Below, piece after piece: positions 24,614 through 36,062 of a stretch of 64,000 bases of DNA. Position 1 is the stretch's first letter. Each line of letters begins with the position of its first letter. A model generated the notes under the pieces. It saw only the letters and a list, made by a program, of their open reading frames with translations. It was not told where the DNA came from and ran no database searches. This DNA comes from Thraustochytrium aureum (lineage: Eukaryota). The stretch is taken from assembly GCA_012862495.1 (NCBI GenBank), contig BLSG01000410.1:197558-261557 (forward strand), in the 5' to 3' direction. Both the position numbers and the translations under genes were made by a program.

Positions 24614-25111
24614 CGATGCCCCATCTTGTCCGATCCGCTCGAGCTCTCCACCACAGCGGACTTCGACCGGGACCCATCCCCCAAGGGAACTCCTCCTATT
24701 GCCAAGATGTGGGGGGCTCGCGACAACGCTGGCCATGTCGTGTGTTTCCTTGAATGGGGCCGGCCGGCGACGGGGGGGTTCCTGCAACGACCGGTCTCGC
24801 TTGTTCTAAGCTCTCCGATTGAAGCTCTTCGAATCGAGGCTGAGGAGGCGGCCTGGTCGTGCCTCTTCGCACTCCGGAATGCTGCGCTTTCTGCCCGAGT
24901 CTCGCCCGGAGGTGGGAAAGCAGAGTTATGTCTTGCGACATCGGTCCGCGCGTTCGCTTCCTCTGGCCAAGCGGGTGGTGCGCATTCGTTGACGGCCGAG
25001 GCTATGCGTCTCTTTGCCGAGGCGCTTGACGAATGGGCCGCGAGCTGGGACAGCGGATGTTGCCTGGACGTGTGGTTCTTGACGAGCCTACTTCAAAGGC
25101 GGCGTGGGTGA
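24614..25111 (+). CDS. C-terminal fragment of a divergent group II chaperonin-like protein (BBS12-like); 5' part in the gap
   Basis: VSLVLSSP..EEAAWSCLFALRNA..VSPGGGKAELCL..FAEAL matches the TCP-1 family PGGGxxE region; the W-x-C pattern is like BBS12. Confidence 0.6.
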   Translation, partial: RCPILSDPLELSTTADFDRDPSPKGTPPIAKMWGARDNAGHVVCFLEWGRPATGGFLQRPVSLVLSSPIEALRIEAEEAAWSCLFALRNAALSARVSPGGGKAELCLATSVRAFASSGQAGGAHSLTAEAMRLFAEALDEWAASWDSGCCLDVWFLTSLLQRRRG

Positions 25112-25362
25112 GGGCGTCAGTGGACTTGGTTCGACGGGCCGTTGCGCTGGACCACTAGCTCTAGAGTACCTCTCTCGCTCCGCTAGCTTGTACTTTGAAT
25201 TCAATGACGAATGGACTTGAAAGGCGCCGCCATCGAAATCCTTGTTTTGATGTCGCTGTAGATTTGCAAGGTGCTGATGCACTCAGCCCTCGTCGTGCGA
25301 GGGCGGCCATCCATGTGCTGCCGTGGAGCTTCATGACGCATATTGAACGGAATGCGCGCACC

Positions 25363-26526
25363 CTACAGCGGCGAGCCGCGCGCCGCCACCTCTAGGGCGG
25401 TCGTTGAGCCGTCATCGGCGACTAGGTGCAGTTGGTGCGCAAGGTTTGCTACCGGGCACGAGTGGTTGGGGATGATTTGGACCACCTCGCCAATCTGGAG
25501 CCCGCCCGGTTCACCAGCACTGCACTCAACCCATCCGTGCTCCTCCGACAAGCTCGCAACAGGCCACGTCGCGCCTGGGCGCTCGAGAGACTGCACTGTC
25601 CCGAACCCCGCCGCACGTGTTCCATGCGCGCCCCCGTCGCTTGAGAGGACTTTTGACCCGGCGTCGACCAAAGCGTACCGACCGTTCCTACTGATCACCG
25701 TCGCTACAACGCGGAGTGCGGTTTGCTCCAGGCGAGCAAGGCCCTTTGCAACGGCAGTTCCATCCAGGAATGCATAGTTGCCAGGGCGCAGCTCATCAAT
25801 CCCTGCAAAGTCCCGTCGCACAAGCTCCGTCAGCGTACACCCGACGGAGATGAGCGGGCGCGCCATCCCGGCAGCAACAATGGACGCTTGGGCGGCTCGC
25901 ATCAGTGCAGCCTCAGCATCTGCGATTGCGCAAACTTCAAGAGCGTTCGATGCGCCATATGCGTGCCCTGCGTGGCTCAGAATGCCTTCCATCTCGGCTC
26001 CCTCGCAACGCGAGACCGCGTGAGCGAGGGAAACGAGATCGTCGCTTCCGCCCTCCAAGTCTGGCGCTCGCACCCCGCATCGACCGAGCCCAACATCCAC
26101 CTTGATCCAGACCCGCGCAGAATGGCCTGCCCTGCGCGCTCGTTCGGCAATAGCGCGCAGGCTTTGGGGCGAGTCGACCGCGAACCGAACCGAACCCCAC
26201 GAAAAGCCAGGTGTCTCGCTGAGCTTGTCTACCTTGCGCGGGTCGACGATCGGGTACGCGAGCAGAATGTCGCTAAAGCCAGCGCGCAGAAACACCGCAG
26301 CCTCTTCAGCTTTGGAGCACGTGATGCCCTTGGCGCCCAGCGCGACCTGGCGGCGAGCGATAGTGGGCGACTTGTGCGTCTTGACGTGCGGGCGCAGCGC
26401 GACGTTGGCGTTCCGCGCCGCGGCCTGCATGGCGACGAGGTTGTCCTGCAGCGCGCCATCCAGCACGGCAACGCGCGGGGTCTCGAGCGCCGCCAGCCCC
26501 TGGGCCACCCTGCGCGGGAGCCGCAT
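25363..26526 (-). CDS. PLP-dependent fold-III enzyme, D-serine dehydratase / D-threonine aldolase (DSD1-like) family
   Basis: LETP, LRPHVKTHK (PLP Lys), KVDVGLGRCG, HAGHAY, ELRPGNYAFLD, DAGSKVLSSD, SEEHG, IIPNHSC (metal ligands). Confidence 0.92.
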   Translation of the reverse strand: MRLPRRVAQGLAALETPRVAVLDGALQDNLVAMQAAARNANVALRPHVKTHKSPTIARRQVALGAKGITCSKAEEAAVFLRAGFSDILLAYPIVDPRKVDKLSETPGFSWGSVRFAVDSPQSLRAIAERARRAGHSARVWIKVDVGLGRCGVRAPDLEGGSDDLVSLAHAVSRCEGAEMEGILSHAGHAYGASNALEVCAIADAEAALMRAAQASIVAAGMARPLISVGCTLTELVRRDFAGIDELRPGNYAFLDGTAVAKGLARLEQTALRVVATVISRNGRYALVDAGSKVLSSDGGAHGTRAAGFGTVQSLERPGATWPVASLSEEHGWVECSAGEPGGLQIGEVVQIIPNHSCPVANLAHQLHLVADDGSTTALEVAARGSPL

Positions 26527-26627
26527 GCGCTCGGGTCCTGCTGCCAGGAGCAAGGCGAGGAAGCCCGCGGGGCTCGCGGTGTTCGTCCAAGCCGTGCGGT
26601 CAGAGCCATAACCTGGCGCGGGCCAGG

Positions 26628-26705
26628 CAGCCCAGCAGGCAGGCAGCCCAGCAGGCAGGCAGGCAGGCAGGCAGGCAGGCGTGCGGGTGAGCAGGCAGGC
26701 AGGCG
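26628..26705. repeat. (GCAG)n microsatellite in the short divergent intergenic region
   Basis: Read directly. Confidence 0.9.
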
Positions 26706-26787
26706 AGCGGGCAGCCGGGCGGGCAGCCGGCGGGAGCGCGAAAGGATCTAAGAGCGATAGCGCGTCGGCAGCTGCGCGGCTGGCGCC

Positions 26788-27505
26788 ATGTCCATCACCG
26801 GCCGCGTTGGGATCGGGGTCCCGCTCGTCTTGCTGTACGAAGCCGAGGGCCTCGTGGTTACGATAGAGTCCAAGCTGGGCGAGCTGTACCGCGGCATCCT
26901 CATCCAAGCAGAAGACTCGATGAACTGCTTTCTCAGAAACGTCTCGCACACTGATCGGGAGGGCAAGGTGACCAAGCTCGAGCAGGTCCACCTGCGCGGT
27001 AGCACGATACGTTTCATCGTATTCCCCGACGTGCTGGCGCAGTCGCCCATCTTCAAGCGCGTCGTGAAGCACAAGGAATCCAAGGGACGATACATGCCNN
27101 NNNNNNNNNNNNNNNNNNNNNNNNNNNNNNNNNNNNNNNNNNNNNNNNNNNNNNNNNNNNNNNNNNNNNNNNNNNNNNNNNNNNNNNNNNNNNNNNNNNN
27201 NNNNNNNNNNNNNNNNNNNNNNNNNNNNNNNNNNNNNNNNNNNNNNNNNNNNNNNNNNNNNNNNNNNNNNNNNNNNNNNNNNNNNNNNNNNNNNNNNNNN
27301 NNNNNNNNNNNNNNNNNNNNNNNNNNNNNNNNNNNNNNNNNNNNNNNGATACATGCCGCAAGGCGCCGGGACAGAGCGCGCAGGCCGCCTGGTCGTGGGG
27401 AGCGGCTCGGGCGCCCCAGCAGGTCCACGACAAGGCGGCGGCGGCGGCTTCCGAGGAGGGGGAGGGGACTCGCGCCACGGGGGCGGATACGGGGGGAGGC
27501 GGTGA
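26788..27505 (+). CDS. SNRPD3: Small nuclear ribonucleoprotein Sm D3 (spans a gap; Gly/Arg-rich tail after it)
   Basis: IGVPLVLLYEAEG..GELYRG..AEDSMNC..LEQVHLRGSTIRF..PDVL..SPIFK; tail GGGGGFRGGGGDSRHGGGYGGRR ending at TGA 27503-27505. Confidence 0.92.
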
Positions 27506-28633
27506 TGGCAGCGGACGCTGCTGCGAGACGGCGACGGCCGTTTTGTTCTCAATTAGCCAGCTGCCTGAGCTCCACGAACCGCGCGTCGTCCTACGCAAAA
27601 CGTATCTTGTTGCCACGTCCCGGCGGTGCCAGCCGGCGAGCAACATTTGCATGGTGCTCGCAAGGCTTGGTTTTCCGCGTCGAGCGTTATGGCGGGCGTG
27701 GCGTTTGCCGTGTGCAATGGCGAGCGCGGTGGTCAGGGGCGAATTCCGCGACGTTCGCCCCTGCGTCGCGCTGCGCCGCGCGGAGGAACCTTGCTTGTTT
27801 GTTGCGCTCCTTCGCAGCCTGCCGCGTGATCGCGCTTCTGTTCTTCAAGCGCTGTCGTGATCGCCGATCGCCGATCGTCGATGGAGTGGAAGCGAGGGCA
27901 TGGGCAGAGATCAACGAGCCTAGGCGGCAGAGAGGCCGAGTAGAGGATAAGGATGGGCTAGCCCTCCACGTTGAAGAATTCCTGTGTGATCTGCAACCCT
28001 TGTTCCTTTCCGTGCGTGCCGGTCAAGCGCAGTTTCAGATGTCGGGACCACCGCCTGGCCACAACCTGAAGAGCGTCAAGACTCAACACCAACTCGATGC
28101 CAACAACAGCAAGGAGCACACCGGCGTCTTGTTCGGCGTTGGTTGTAGGGGTCTGGTTTCGCATGCAATCTCCGATCGAGATCAAGATCAATTGCAAGAC
28201 GAGACAAACTCGTCCAGAAGATCAGCAAGTTGGCTGCAGGCAGCGAAAATGCGACGGCCTTTTTTGTCGCACCAGGGCCCGTATTTCACAGGCCTCGACT
28301 CACGATGTAGGAAGCTGGTGAGAGTGGCTTCCGCACTAGCCTTCGGCGCTCGGCGCCCACGGTAGACTGGCCCGTGCGCCTCCTTCGAAGCTGCGAGTTG
28401 CCTTCCGGTGTCGCAGTCCCGCCGAAGCTTTCGACGAGTTGCGCGTGAGCCAGCCAGCGATCGAAGCCCTTTCTGATTAGAATCAAATCACGATTTCGTG
28501 AGGGCGATCGCGTGCACGACGAGTAGCGACGAGTAGCAAGCGCAGTCCTGGCGCAATGCGCTCCTGAGGGCAGCGCAGCGGAGCTCCGAAAAATCTGCGG
28601 GCGGTCGGAGCGATGCGAGGCACGGCGGGCAGG

Positions 28634-29827
28634 ATGCGCAAGTCGCTTCGCCAAGCCCGTCAGCCTGCGCGGCAGCAGCAACAGCAGCAGCAGCAGCAGC
28701 AGCCGCNNNNNNNNNNNNNNNNNNNNNNNNNNNNNNNNNNNNNNNNNNNNNNNNNNNNNNNNNNNNNNNNNNNNNNNNNNNNNNNNNNNNNNNNNNNNNN
28801 NNNNNNNNNNNNNNNNNNNNNNNNNNNNNNNNNNNNNNNNNNNNNNNNNNNNNNNNNNNNNNNNNNNNNNNNNNNNNNNNNNNNNNNNNNNNNNNNNNNN
28901 NNNNNNNNNNNNNNNNNNNNNNNNNNNNNNNNNNNNNNNNNNNNNNNNNNNNNNNNNNNNNNNNNNNNNNNNNNNNNNNNNNNNNNNNNNNNNNNNNNNN
29001 NNNNNNNNNNNNNNNNNNNNNNNNNNNNNNNNNNNNNNNNNNNNNNNNNNNNNNNNNNNNNNNNNNNNNNNNNNNNNNNNNNNNNNNNNNNNNNNNNNNN
29101 NNNNNNNNNNNNNNNNNNNNNNNNNNNNNNNNNNNNNNNNNNNNNNNNNNNNNNNNNNNNNNNNNNNNNNNNNNNGAGCTTCAAACGTCGGCTTGCGCAC
29201 CACGTGGTCAGCTGGTGACGAAGCAACAGCACCCAGCTTGAACAACGCCGTGCCAGTATCCGCTTCAGGTTTCACGGCTGAGCCGGCTGTGGCGTGCGGA
29301 GACGAAGGCGACGGTTCAAGGCTGAGGGGCAAGCCACGGCCGCCACTCACGGGCCGCCGCAGAAGCGGCGGGTGCGCGAGCGGCCCTCGCTATCGAGCCA
29401 GCTAGCTCAGATCAGCCTGAATGCAAGCGCCGTTACGGCCTCGCTGACAGAGCGGTTTGGCCTCGCGGCGGCGGACGGCCAGCTTTTCCAAGTCCCGTCG
29501 AGGGCGTTTGTCGTGGGCAAGCTGCAGAGCAAGTTCCCGTCACCGGTCCAGTTCTTCGCAAACAGGTGCGAGTACGTGTTCCACCACCCGTTCCAAGCTG
29601 TGGAGATCAAAATGGTCATGTACTTTGCAGACATGGAGCAGCCAAGCGTTTCGATCCGGCAGCGCACCTTTTCATTCAAAATCGCACATGATCTCTTCCA
29701 TTACGGATCCGACTACGATCACCGAAACAGCGCGCACGTGGTCCGCATCGACCTCAACTCCGAGCACGACGCAAGGCTCGTCGTCGCAGAGAAGAACCGA
29801 ATCGGCTGCCTTCGCGTGGTCCCATAG
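28634..29827 (+). CDS. Hypothetical protein: possible polyQ N-terminus, gap, then a compact beta-rich C-terminal domain
   Basis: VVGKLQSKFPSPVQFFANRCEYVFHHPF..MVMYFADM..FSFKI..YGSDYD is protein-like with GC3 bias; the link across the gap is inferred. Confidence 0.6.
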
Positions 29828-30015
29828 CCAATGGATGACGGCGTGGGCCCATTCTTTCTGGCCCCATGTCCAATGGCTGCGGGCCCACGCGCGGCCTGCG
29901 TCGTGTTCACTCGTACTGGGTCTCCCTGTCGTCAGCTCCAAAAGTGGACTCGAGCTCGTGGCCGCGCCAGTAATCCTCGCGAATGACTGGACACAGAGCT
30001 CGTTAGTGCGGCGGG

Positions 30016-31842
30016 TCAGGCTGCGGCCGTCTCGGCAAGAAACTCACGGTGCTTGGCAATCTTGCCGGCTGCGGTCAGAGGCAAGGCTTCCGCGACGATC
30101 ACCTTGCGAGGGATTTTGTAGCCGCCAATTTTGTTCTTGCAAAATTCCTTGATGGTGTCAAGCGAGATCTCGGCGCTGGAGCCCTCCTTGGGCTGAATGA
30201 CTGCCGTGACCAGCTCGCCAAGCTTTTCGTCTGGGGTACCGATCACCGCCACAAGTGCCACAGCGGGGTGTTGCTGTGAGAAGGGGACAGTCAGCAAGCG
30301 GTTCGCAAGTCTACCACAAGCTCCACGGCAACTCGAGCGGGTCGTAGGTGCATGCCTTTGAAATAGTCACAACAGATCGAGCGGCGCGGCGGCGCGGTAA
30401 AACTCACCATGATGCACTTTTCCACCTCGCTGCTGTACACATTCTCACCGCCAGTAATGACCATGTCCTTGAGCCTGTCCACAAGAAAGATGTAGCCGTC
30501 GTCGTCCATGTAGCCCCCGTCGCCGGTGTGCATCCAGCCGCCGCGCAGGGCCCGTGCGGACTGCTCAGGTTGGTTCCAATAGCCGTTCATGATGTGAGGA
30601 CCGCAAACCAGGATCTCTCCGACCACGTGGCGCGGCACTTCCTCGTCGTGTTCATCTACAATCTTGACTTCAGCAAAGGGGACCGGCCGGCCGACCGAGG
30701 CCAACCTGTCGTTTCCGGGTGTGTGCAGCTCGGGACCAAGAGTGCAGATTGCAGGGCCGCACTCGGTTTGGCCAAAGCCCTGCATAAACTTGGCTCGGGG
30801 GAACGCCTTGAGCGCCTGCTCCAGCAACGAGGGGGCCATCGGGCTGCCTCCGTAGATGATCATCTCCAGACTGGAGAGGTCCATGCTCGCGATGCCAGGC
30901 AAGGCCAAGCAGACCTGGATCATCACAGGCACCAGCACAGACTTGTTCACTTTGCAAGTGTCGATGGCGCGAACGACGTCAGGCGGAGCAAACTTGGGGA
31001 CGAAAACGTGCGTCCCGCCTGCCATAGTCACGGCGGTGAGAAACTGAGCGTCTGCAAGGTGGAACATTGGAGCGCAGTGCAAGTACTTTGTGGACGAGTC
31101 CAGCGCGCAGGCCGCCACGTTGTTGATCGCGTTCCACATCACGCTTGCGTGCGACTGGGCCGGGTGGGTGTCCGTCAGCGAGCCTTGTTATTGCACCGGT
31201 ACTCTCCAAGTTTTAAATTAACAAGAGACTTACGAGTACGACGCCCTTGGCCTTGCCCGTGCTACCCCCGGTGTAAAAGATACCAAACGGGTGGTTGCCG
31301 CCCTTGGACAGGTCCTTGGCAGGCTGTGATCTCTCAATTAGGGCCTCCATGCAGATGCAGCCTTCCGGGGTCTGCTCGCTCGGTCCGCAGTACACGACAT
31401 GCTTGAGCGACGCCCCCATTTTCCCTCGGAGCTCCACCAACAGCGGGACAAACGCATCGTCCACAAAGAGGACCTCAAGGTCGCAATCGTGAAAGATCTC
31501 GAGCATCTCGGGCACGGCCAAGCGAATGTTGACGGGCACCACCAGCCCGCCGGCCCAGGACACAGCGAAGAACCACTCCAAGTAAGCGGTCCCGTTCAGG
31601 GCCAGGATCCCCACGCGCGCGTCTGCGAGGAGGCCGCACTCGTCCTGCAGGCCGCCCGCGAGCTGAGCGACGCGCTTGGCGACCTGGTCATACGTCCGCG
31701 TGGCTCCGGTGAGCGCGTCCAGTGTGGCGACTTGTCGCTTGCCGCCCATCGAGGCCGCCCTGCGCAGCAGCTGTGTCACCGTCCCACGGTCAGTAGGCAC
31801 CGCCGCCGTCGCAGCGGACGCCGCTGCTGACGCCGAAGCCAT
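30016..31842 (-). CDS. Long-chain fatty acyl-CoA ligase (AMP-binding enzyme), 3 exons
   Basis: YTGGSTGKAKGVVL|SH P-loop, QGFGQTE, GWMHTGDGG, DRLKDMVITGGENVY, YKIPR, AAGKI. Confidence 0.95.
30274..30407 (-). other. Spliceosomal intron 2 of the acyl-CoA ligase (134 nt)
   Basis: GTGAGT donor, GCTGAC branch-like site, pyrimidine tract, CAG acceptor; splicing restores EVEKCIM-QHPAV. Confidence 0.88.
31155..31233 (-). other. Spliceosomal intron 1 of the acyl-CoA ligase (79 nt)
   Basis: GTAAGT donor, GCTGAC branch-like site, CAG acceptor; splicing restores KGVVL-SHAS. Confidence 0.88.
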
Positions 31843-32326
31843 GGTCGTCTTGAGCGGTCGGTTGTGCGGGCGAGCGAGCAAAGGCCGGGCCGCCCTGCGC
31901 GCCAAACGACAGCGCTGGCGCCTCGCTGTCGCGCCGTGCCCCTCGACCAACGTNNNNNNNNNNNNNNNNNNNNNNNNNNNNNNNNNNNNNNNNNNNNNNN
32001 NNNNNNNNNNNNNNNNNNNNNNNNNNNNNNNNNNNNNNNNNNNNNNNNNNNNNNNNNNNNNNNNNNNNNNNNNNNNNNNNNNNNNNNNNNNNNNNNNNNN
32101 NNNNNNNNNNNNNNNNNNNNNNNNNNNNNNNNNNNNNNNNNNNNNNNNNNNNNNNNNNNNNNNNNNNNGGTCGCGCCTCCGCAGGCCAGGGACATGGATT
32201 GTGTTGCGATCAATCAAGTTTCGATCTTTCCTGCTCGCCGAGCTCCTCGCCCATCCGGGGAGCAAAGAGCTGCTCGCTGCGACGATCAAAGCACGACTCG
32301 CTCGTGGCTTCGACCACGAACGACGC

Positions 32327-32327
32327 G

Positions 32328-32371
<44 letters not shown>
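32327..32371. repeat. (GCAG)11 microsatellite upstream of IleRS
   Basis: Read directly. Confidence 0.95.
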
Positions 32372-32462
32372 CCCTGGCGAATCGCGAACGAGCGGAGACC
32401 TTCCGCGTCCCGCCCACTCGTCGCTTACCTGCATGGGACGTTGGCTGGGCTGAGGCTACAAG

Positions 32463-35400
32463 ATGTGGCGCCGGGCGGCCTCGGCGCTGGTGCGGCCGCG
32501 AAGCGCCTTCGGCGGTCAAAGGCACAGCGCCCCGCTCTCCAAACGAGCTGGGCGCAAGACGACGAAGGGCGCACCCGAGGCTGTCGGGGCCGAAAGCAGT
32601 GACGGTAAGAACGCGTTTTCGAGCTCGCTCAACCTTCCTACAACGAGCTTCCCCATGCGAGCCAACGCAGCCAAGCGCGAGCTGGAACGCTTGCCGGCCG
32701 CCACGCACAGACTCTTTGCGTGGCAAGTCGACCGCGAGGGAGCCTCGGGGGACTTTGTCCTGCACGACGGCCCGCCGTACGCGAACGGCGAGCTTCATAC
32801 GGGTCACTTTATGAACAAGGTGCTCAAAGACATGATCAACCGGCACCGCGTCCTCCGCGGCGACCGGGTCCATTATGTACCCGGCTGGGACTGCCACGGC
32901 CTCCCCATCGAGGTCAAGGCGCTTGAGGCGGCCGGGCGCAGCCTGAACGGGCTTGCACACAGCGCCCAAGACATCCGTGCGCTGGCCTATGCCTGCGCGA
33001 AGGGAGCGATCGCGGGTCAACAGGCCGGGTTTGAGCGATGGGGTGTTATGGCGGGCTGGGACCGCGCAGACGGCATATACACCACGATGGACCGGGGATA
33101 CGAAGCGCGTCAGCTGGAGGTCTTCGAGCTCATGGTCCAGAGCGGCCTCGTGCGGCGCGGTTTGAAACCCGTGTACTGGTCATACTCGTCTGGTACAGCG
33201 CTCGCTGAGGCCGAGATTGAGTACGAGAGCCGGCACGAGAGCCCTTCCTGCTACGTGGATTTTGAGCTTAAACTGCCTCAGGACGCGACCGCCTGGCTCC
33301 TGGCGCAGGCGCACAACCCCGTCCTTGTCGACTTGCTCGAGCAGCGCCGGGTCTTGGCTACGATTTGGACCACCACGCCCTGGACTTTGCTCTCCAACGT
33401 GGCCATCGCAGTGCATCCCGACCTCACCTACTGTCTCGTGACAACGTCTTGCACAAGCCCGGAGGCAAGCCGCGATGGGCCCATGGACCCCCTTGTGAGG
33501 CTCATCGCCAGGGATCGCGTGGAGGACCAAGCCACGGGGGCTCTCTTTGGCGAAGCAAATGAGCTCCTGATTCTCGGCGAGGTCAGCGGTCGGCAGCTCG
33601 AAGGTCTCGCGTACGTCCATCCGCTCGAGCGAGCCGACACGCGCAACGTGTACCAGGTCGTGAGTGGCACCCACGTGTCCGCCGAGTCGGGAACCGGCCT
33701 CGTGCATACCGCGCCGGCACACGGCCAAGACGATCTCATGTGCTGGCGCAAGGCTGGCGGAACTCTGGAGGAGTGCCCATGCCCCATCGACGACCAAGGC
33801 CGTTTTTTTGCGCAGGAGCTGCCGGAAGGCGCCTCGCGGCAGCGGGTCGGGTCAGACGCGTTGTGGTCTGCGCTGCAAGGCCGCCACATTCACGAGGACG
33901 GGGAGAAAGCAGTCCTTGCGCTCTTGGACAGCGTGGGGGCGCTGCCGTTTGAGCCCTTGCCCTACTTTCACAGGTACCCGTACGACTGGCGAACCAAGCG
34001 GCCCGTGATTACGCGCGCAACAGAGCAGTGGTTTGTCAACCTCACGTCGCTCAAGCCTCTTGCTGCCCGCGCCCTCGAGGACGTGCAGCTCGTGCCGGCC
34101 TCGTCGCGCACCAGGCTGTCTTCCATGCTCCAGGGCCGTGACGAGTGGTGCATCTCGCGCCAGCGGGTGTGGGGAGTGCCGATTCCAGCGCTCTTTGCCT
34201 CTGAAGCCGACGCTCAGCCATCGTCTGCGCCGTCTGTGGGCCGTTCCGCCAAGGCGCTTGGTGATGCCTGGCTGGACCACTTTGTCGTTCGTGCAGCGCG
34301 GGAGAGGATCGCCGAGCACGGCACGGATTGGTGGTTTGCAGCGGAGGATGTAGAGCTCGTCGTCTCTGAGCGTGCAAACCAGCTTCGCGCTCAAGCCGGG
34401 CTCGAGCCCAAGCAACCCGGGCGTGGGCGCCGTTGGGTTCGCGGTCGCGACACCCTCGACGTTTGGTTCGACAGCGGGTGCTCGTGGAACGCCGTCCTGG
34501 GCGGCTCTCCGGTGTTCAAGGACAAGCCGAAGCGCGATATCGTGGCAGACGTGTACCTCGAGGGCTCTGACCAGCACCGCGGGTGGTTTCAGTCCTCCCT
34601 GCTCACCAAGCTGGCAGCGACGGTGCCGCCGCCTACAGGCCGCGCGACTGCGGGGGAAGCGGGGCCTGGAAGCGGGCCTTGCGCGCCGCCTCGGGCTCCG
34701 TTCAAGCACATCATTACGCATGGCTTCCTCCTCGACGAGCACGAAAACAAAATGTCAAAGTCCGCGGGCAACGTGGTTCTCCCAGGCGACGTGATAGAGG
34801 GAAAGGGCAGTTTCAAGGGGGAGCCCGCTTACGGCGTGGACGTCTTGCGACTCTGGGTAGCCTCGACAGACTACACGCGCGATGTCCTTCTTGGCAAGCA
34901 CGTTATCAAGGACACGAGCGACAGCGTCCGCAAGATCAGAAACGTCTTGCGGTTTCTGCTCGGCAACCTCAACGACTTTGGCCCGGAAGCCCGAAAACTC
35001 GCTCAGCTACCGGGCCACGGCCGCGAGACGCTTGCCCAACGCTGGCCGCTCACTCCTACGGACCGCCTTCTGCTCGACCGAACGGCGCGCTTCGTCCACG
35101 CTGCCACCAGCGCTTATGATGCGTTCAAGTTTCGCGGCGTGTACTCGGAGCTGATGAACTTTGTCTCGAACGACCTCTCGGCCCTCTACTCGACGTGTGC
35201 GAAGGACCGGCTCTACTGCGACGCGCCAGACGCCCCTTCGCGCAGAGCCTCCCAGGCCGTTCTCTGGGAGGCGCTTCAGGCGGTCACGCTCATCGCCGCC
35301 CCGGTGCTCTGCTTCACAGCCGAGGAGGTGCACCAGTTTTGTGTTGATGAGGTGGCTCCATTCCCCGCGGCCCGCGGTGTTTCAGCCGAGGAGCGTTTCA

Positions 35401-35921
35401 GCGTCTTCCAGAGCGCCTTTCCCGACCCGCCAGAGTCTTGGCTGCTAAGCGAGGTGGATCGCGCTTGGTGGACCCGTGCGCTGGAGTTGCGTGGTGGCGT
35501 TAACCGGATGCTCGGCGAGCTGCGGTCCGAAGGCCACGTCCAGACCACTGAGCAGGTCGCGGTTGTGCTCCGCGCCTCCGGTGAGGCGAGCTCCTGGTTG
35601 CGGGGCGGCCTGGGACTCAGCGACGACGGCCTAGAAGACCTGCTCACCAACTTGCTCCTCGTGTCGAGTTGCCGCGTCGTCTTCGACGGCGCAGTGGAGC
35701 ATTCGCCCGCTCTGCAGCGTGAAGCGCCGTGGGGACTCGAGGAGAGTATCGATGGCGTCGACGTCGCTCTGCGCCCCACAGAGCAAGACCAATGCGAGCG
35801 CTGCAGGCGCTATGTGTGCGCTTCGCCAAGCAAGGGGGAAGCGGAGCACACGCACCGCAAGCCAGAGCCTCAGCTGTGCGGCCGCTGCGCCAGCGTTGCG
35901 CTCCATCCGACAGCAAACTGA
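32463..35921 (+). CDS. IARS2: Isoleucine--tRNA ligase, bacterial type, probably mitochondrial
   Basis: LHDGPPYANG.LHTGH (HIGH), PGWDCHGLPIE, IWTTTPWT, WCISRQRVWG, EGSDQHRGWF, KMSKS, C-terminal CERC..CGRC zinc finger; Arg/Ser-rich presequence. Confidence 0.97.
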   Translation: MWRRAASALVRPRSAFGGQRHSAPLSKRAGRKTTKGAPEAVGAESSDGKNAFSSSLNLPTTSFPMRANAAKRELERLPAATHRLFAWQVDREGASGDFVLHDGPPYANGELHTGHFMNKVLKDMINRHRVLRGDRVHYVPGWDCHGLPIEVKALEAAGRSLNGLAHSAQDIRALAYACAKGAIAGQQAGFERWGVMAGWDRADGIYTTMDRGYEARQLEVFELMVQSGLVRRGLKPVYWSYSSGTALAEAEIEYESRHESPSCYVDFELKLPQDATAWLLAQAHNPVLVDLLEQRRVLATIWTTTPWTLLSNVAIAVHPDLTYCLVTTSCTSPEASRDGPMDPLVRLIARDRVEDQATGALFGEANELLILGEVSGRQLEGLAYVHPLERADTRNVYQVVSGTHVSAESGTGLVHTAPAHGQDDLMCWRKAGGTLEECPCPIDDQGRFFAQELPEGASRQRVGSDALWSALQGRHIHEDGEKAVLALLDSVGALPFEPLPYFHRYPYDWRTKRPVITRATEQWFVNLTSLKPLAARALEDVQLVPASSRTRLSSMLQGRDEWCISRQRVWGVPIPALFASEADAQPSSAPSVGRSAKALGDAWLDHFVVRAARERIAEHGTDWWFAAEDVELVVSERANQLRAQAGLEPKQPGRGRRWVRGRDTLDVWFDSGCSWNAVLGGSPVFKDKPKRDIVADVYLEGSDQHRGWFQSSLLTKLAATVPPPTGRATAGEAGPGSGPCAPPRAPFKHIITHGFLLDEHENKMSKSAGNVVLPGDVIEGKGSFKGEPAYGVDVLRLWVASTDYTRDVLLGKHVIKDTSDSVRKIRNVLRFLLGNLNDFGPEARKLAQLPGHGRETLAQRWPLTPTDRLLLDRTARFVHAATSAYDAFKFRGVYSELMNFVSNDLSALYSTCAKDRLYCDAPDAPSRRASQAVLWEALQAVTLIAAPVLCFTAEEVHQFCVDEVAPFPAARGVSAEERFSVFQSAFPDPPESWLLSEVDRAWWTRALELRGGVNRMLGELRSEGHVQTTEQVAVVLRASGEASSWLRGGLGLSDDGLEDLLTNLLLVSSCRVVFDGAVEHSPALQREAPWGLEESIDGVDVALRPTEQDQCERCRRYVCASPSKGEAEHTHRKPEPQLCGRCASVALHPTAN

Positions 35922-36062
35922 TTTTATTTCTGCTCTTCCAGGACGCTCTGCCTCTTGCAACTAGTCTCGGCAGCAATCGACGCTGGCACGTGCAAGGTCA
36001 GGCGAGCGTTGAAAGTGACGGGAAACGCAGACGAGAGAAGCACCCGGCCAGCCGATGACTAG

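Noticed and set aside
27550..28600. ORF continuation after SmD3 (to 28365)
   Set aside because: Not protein-like; SmD3 ends at 27505 in another frame
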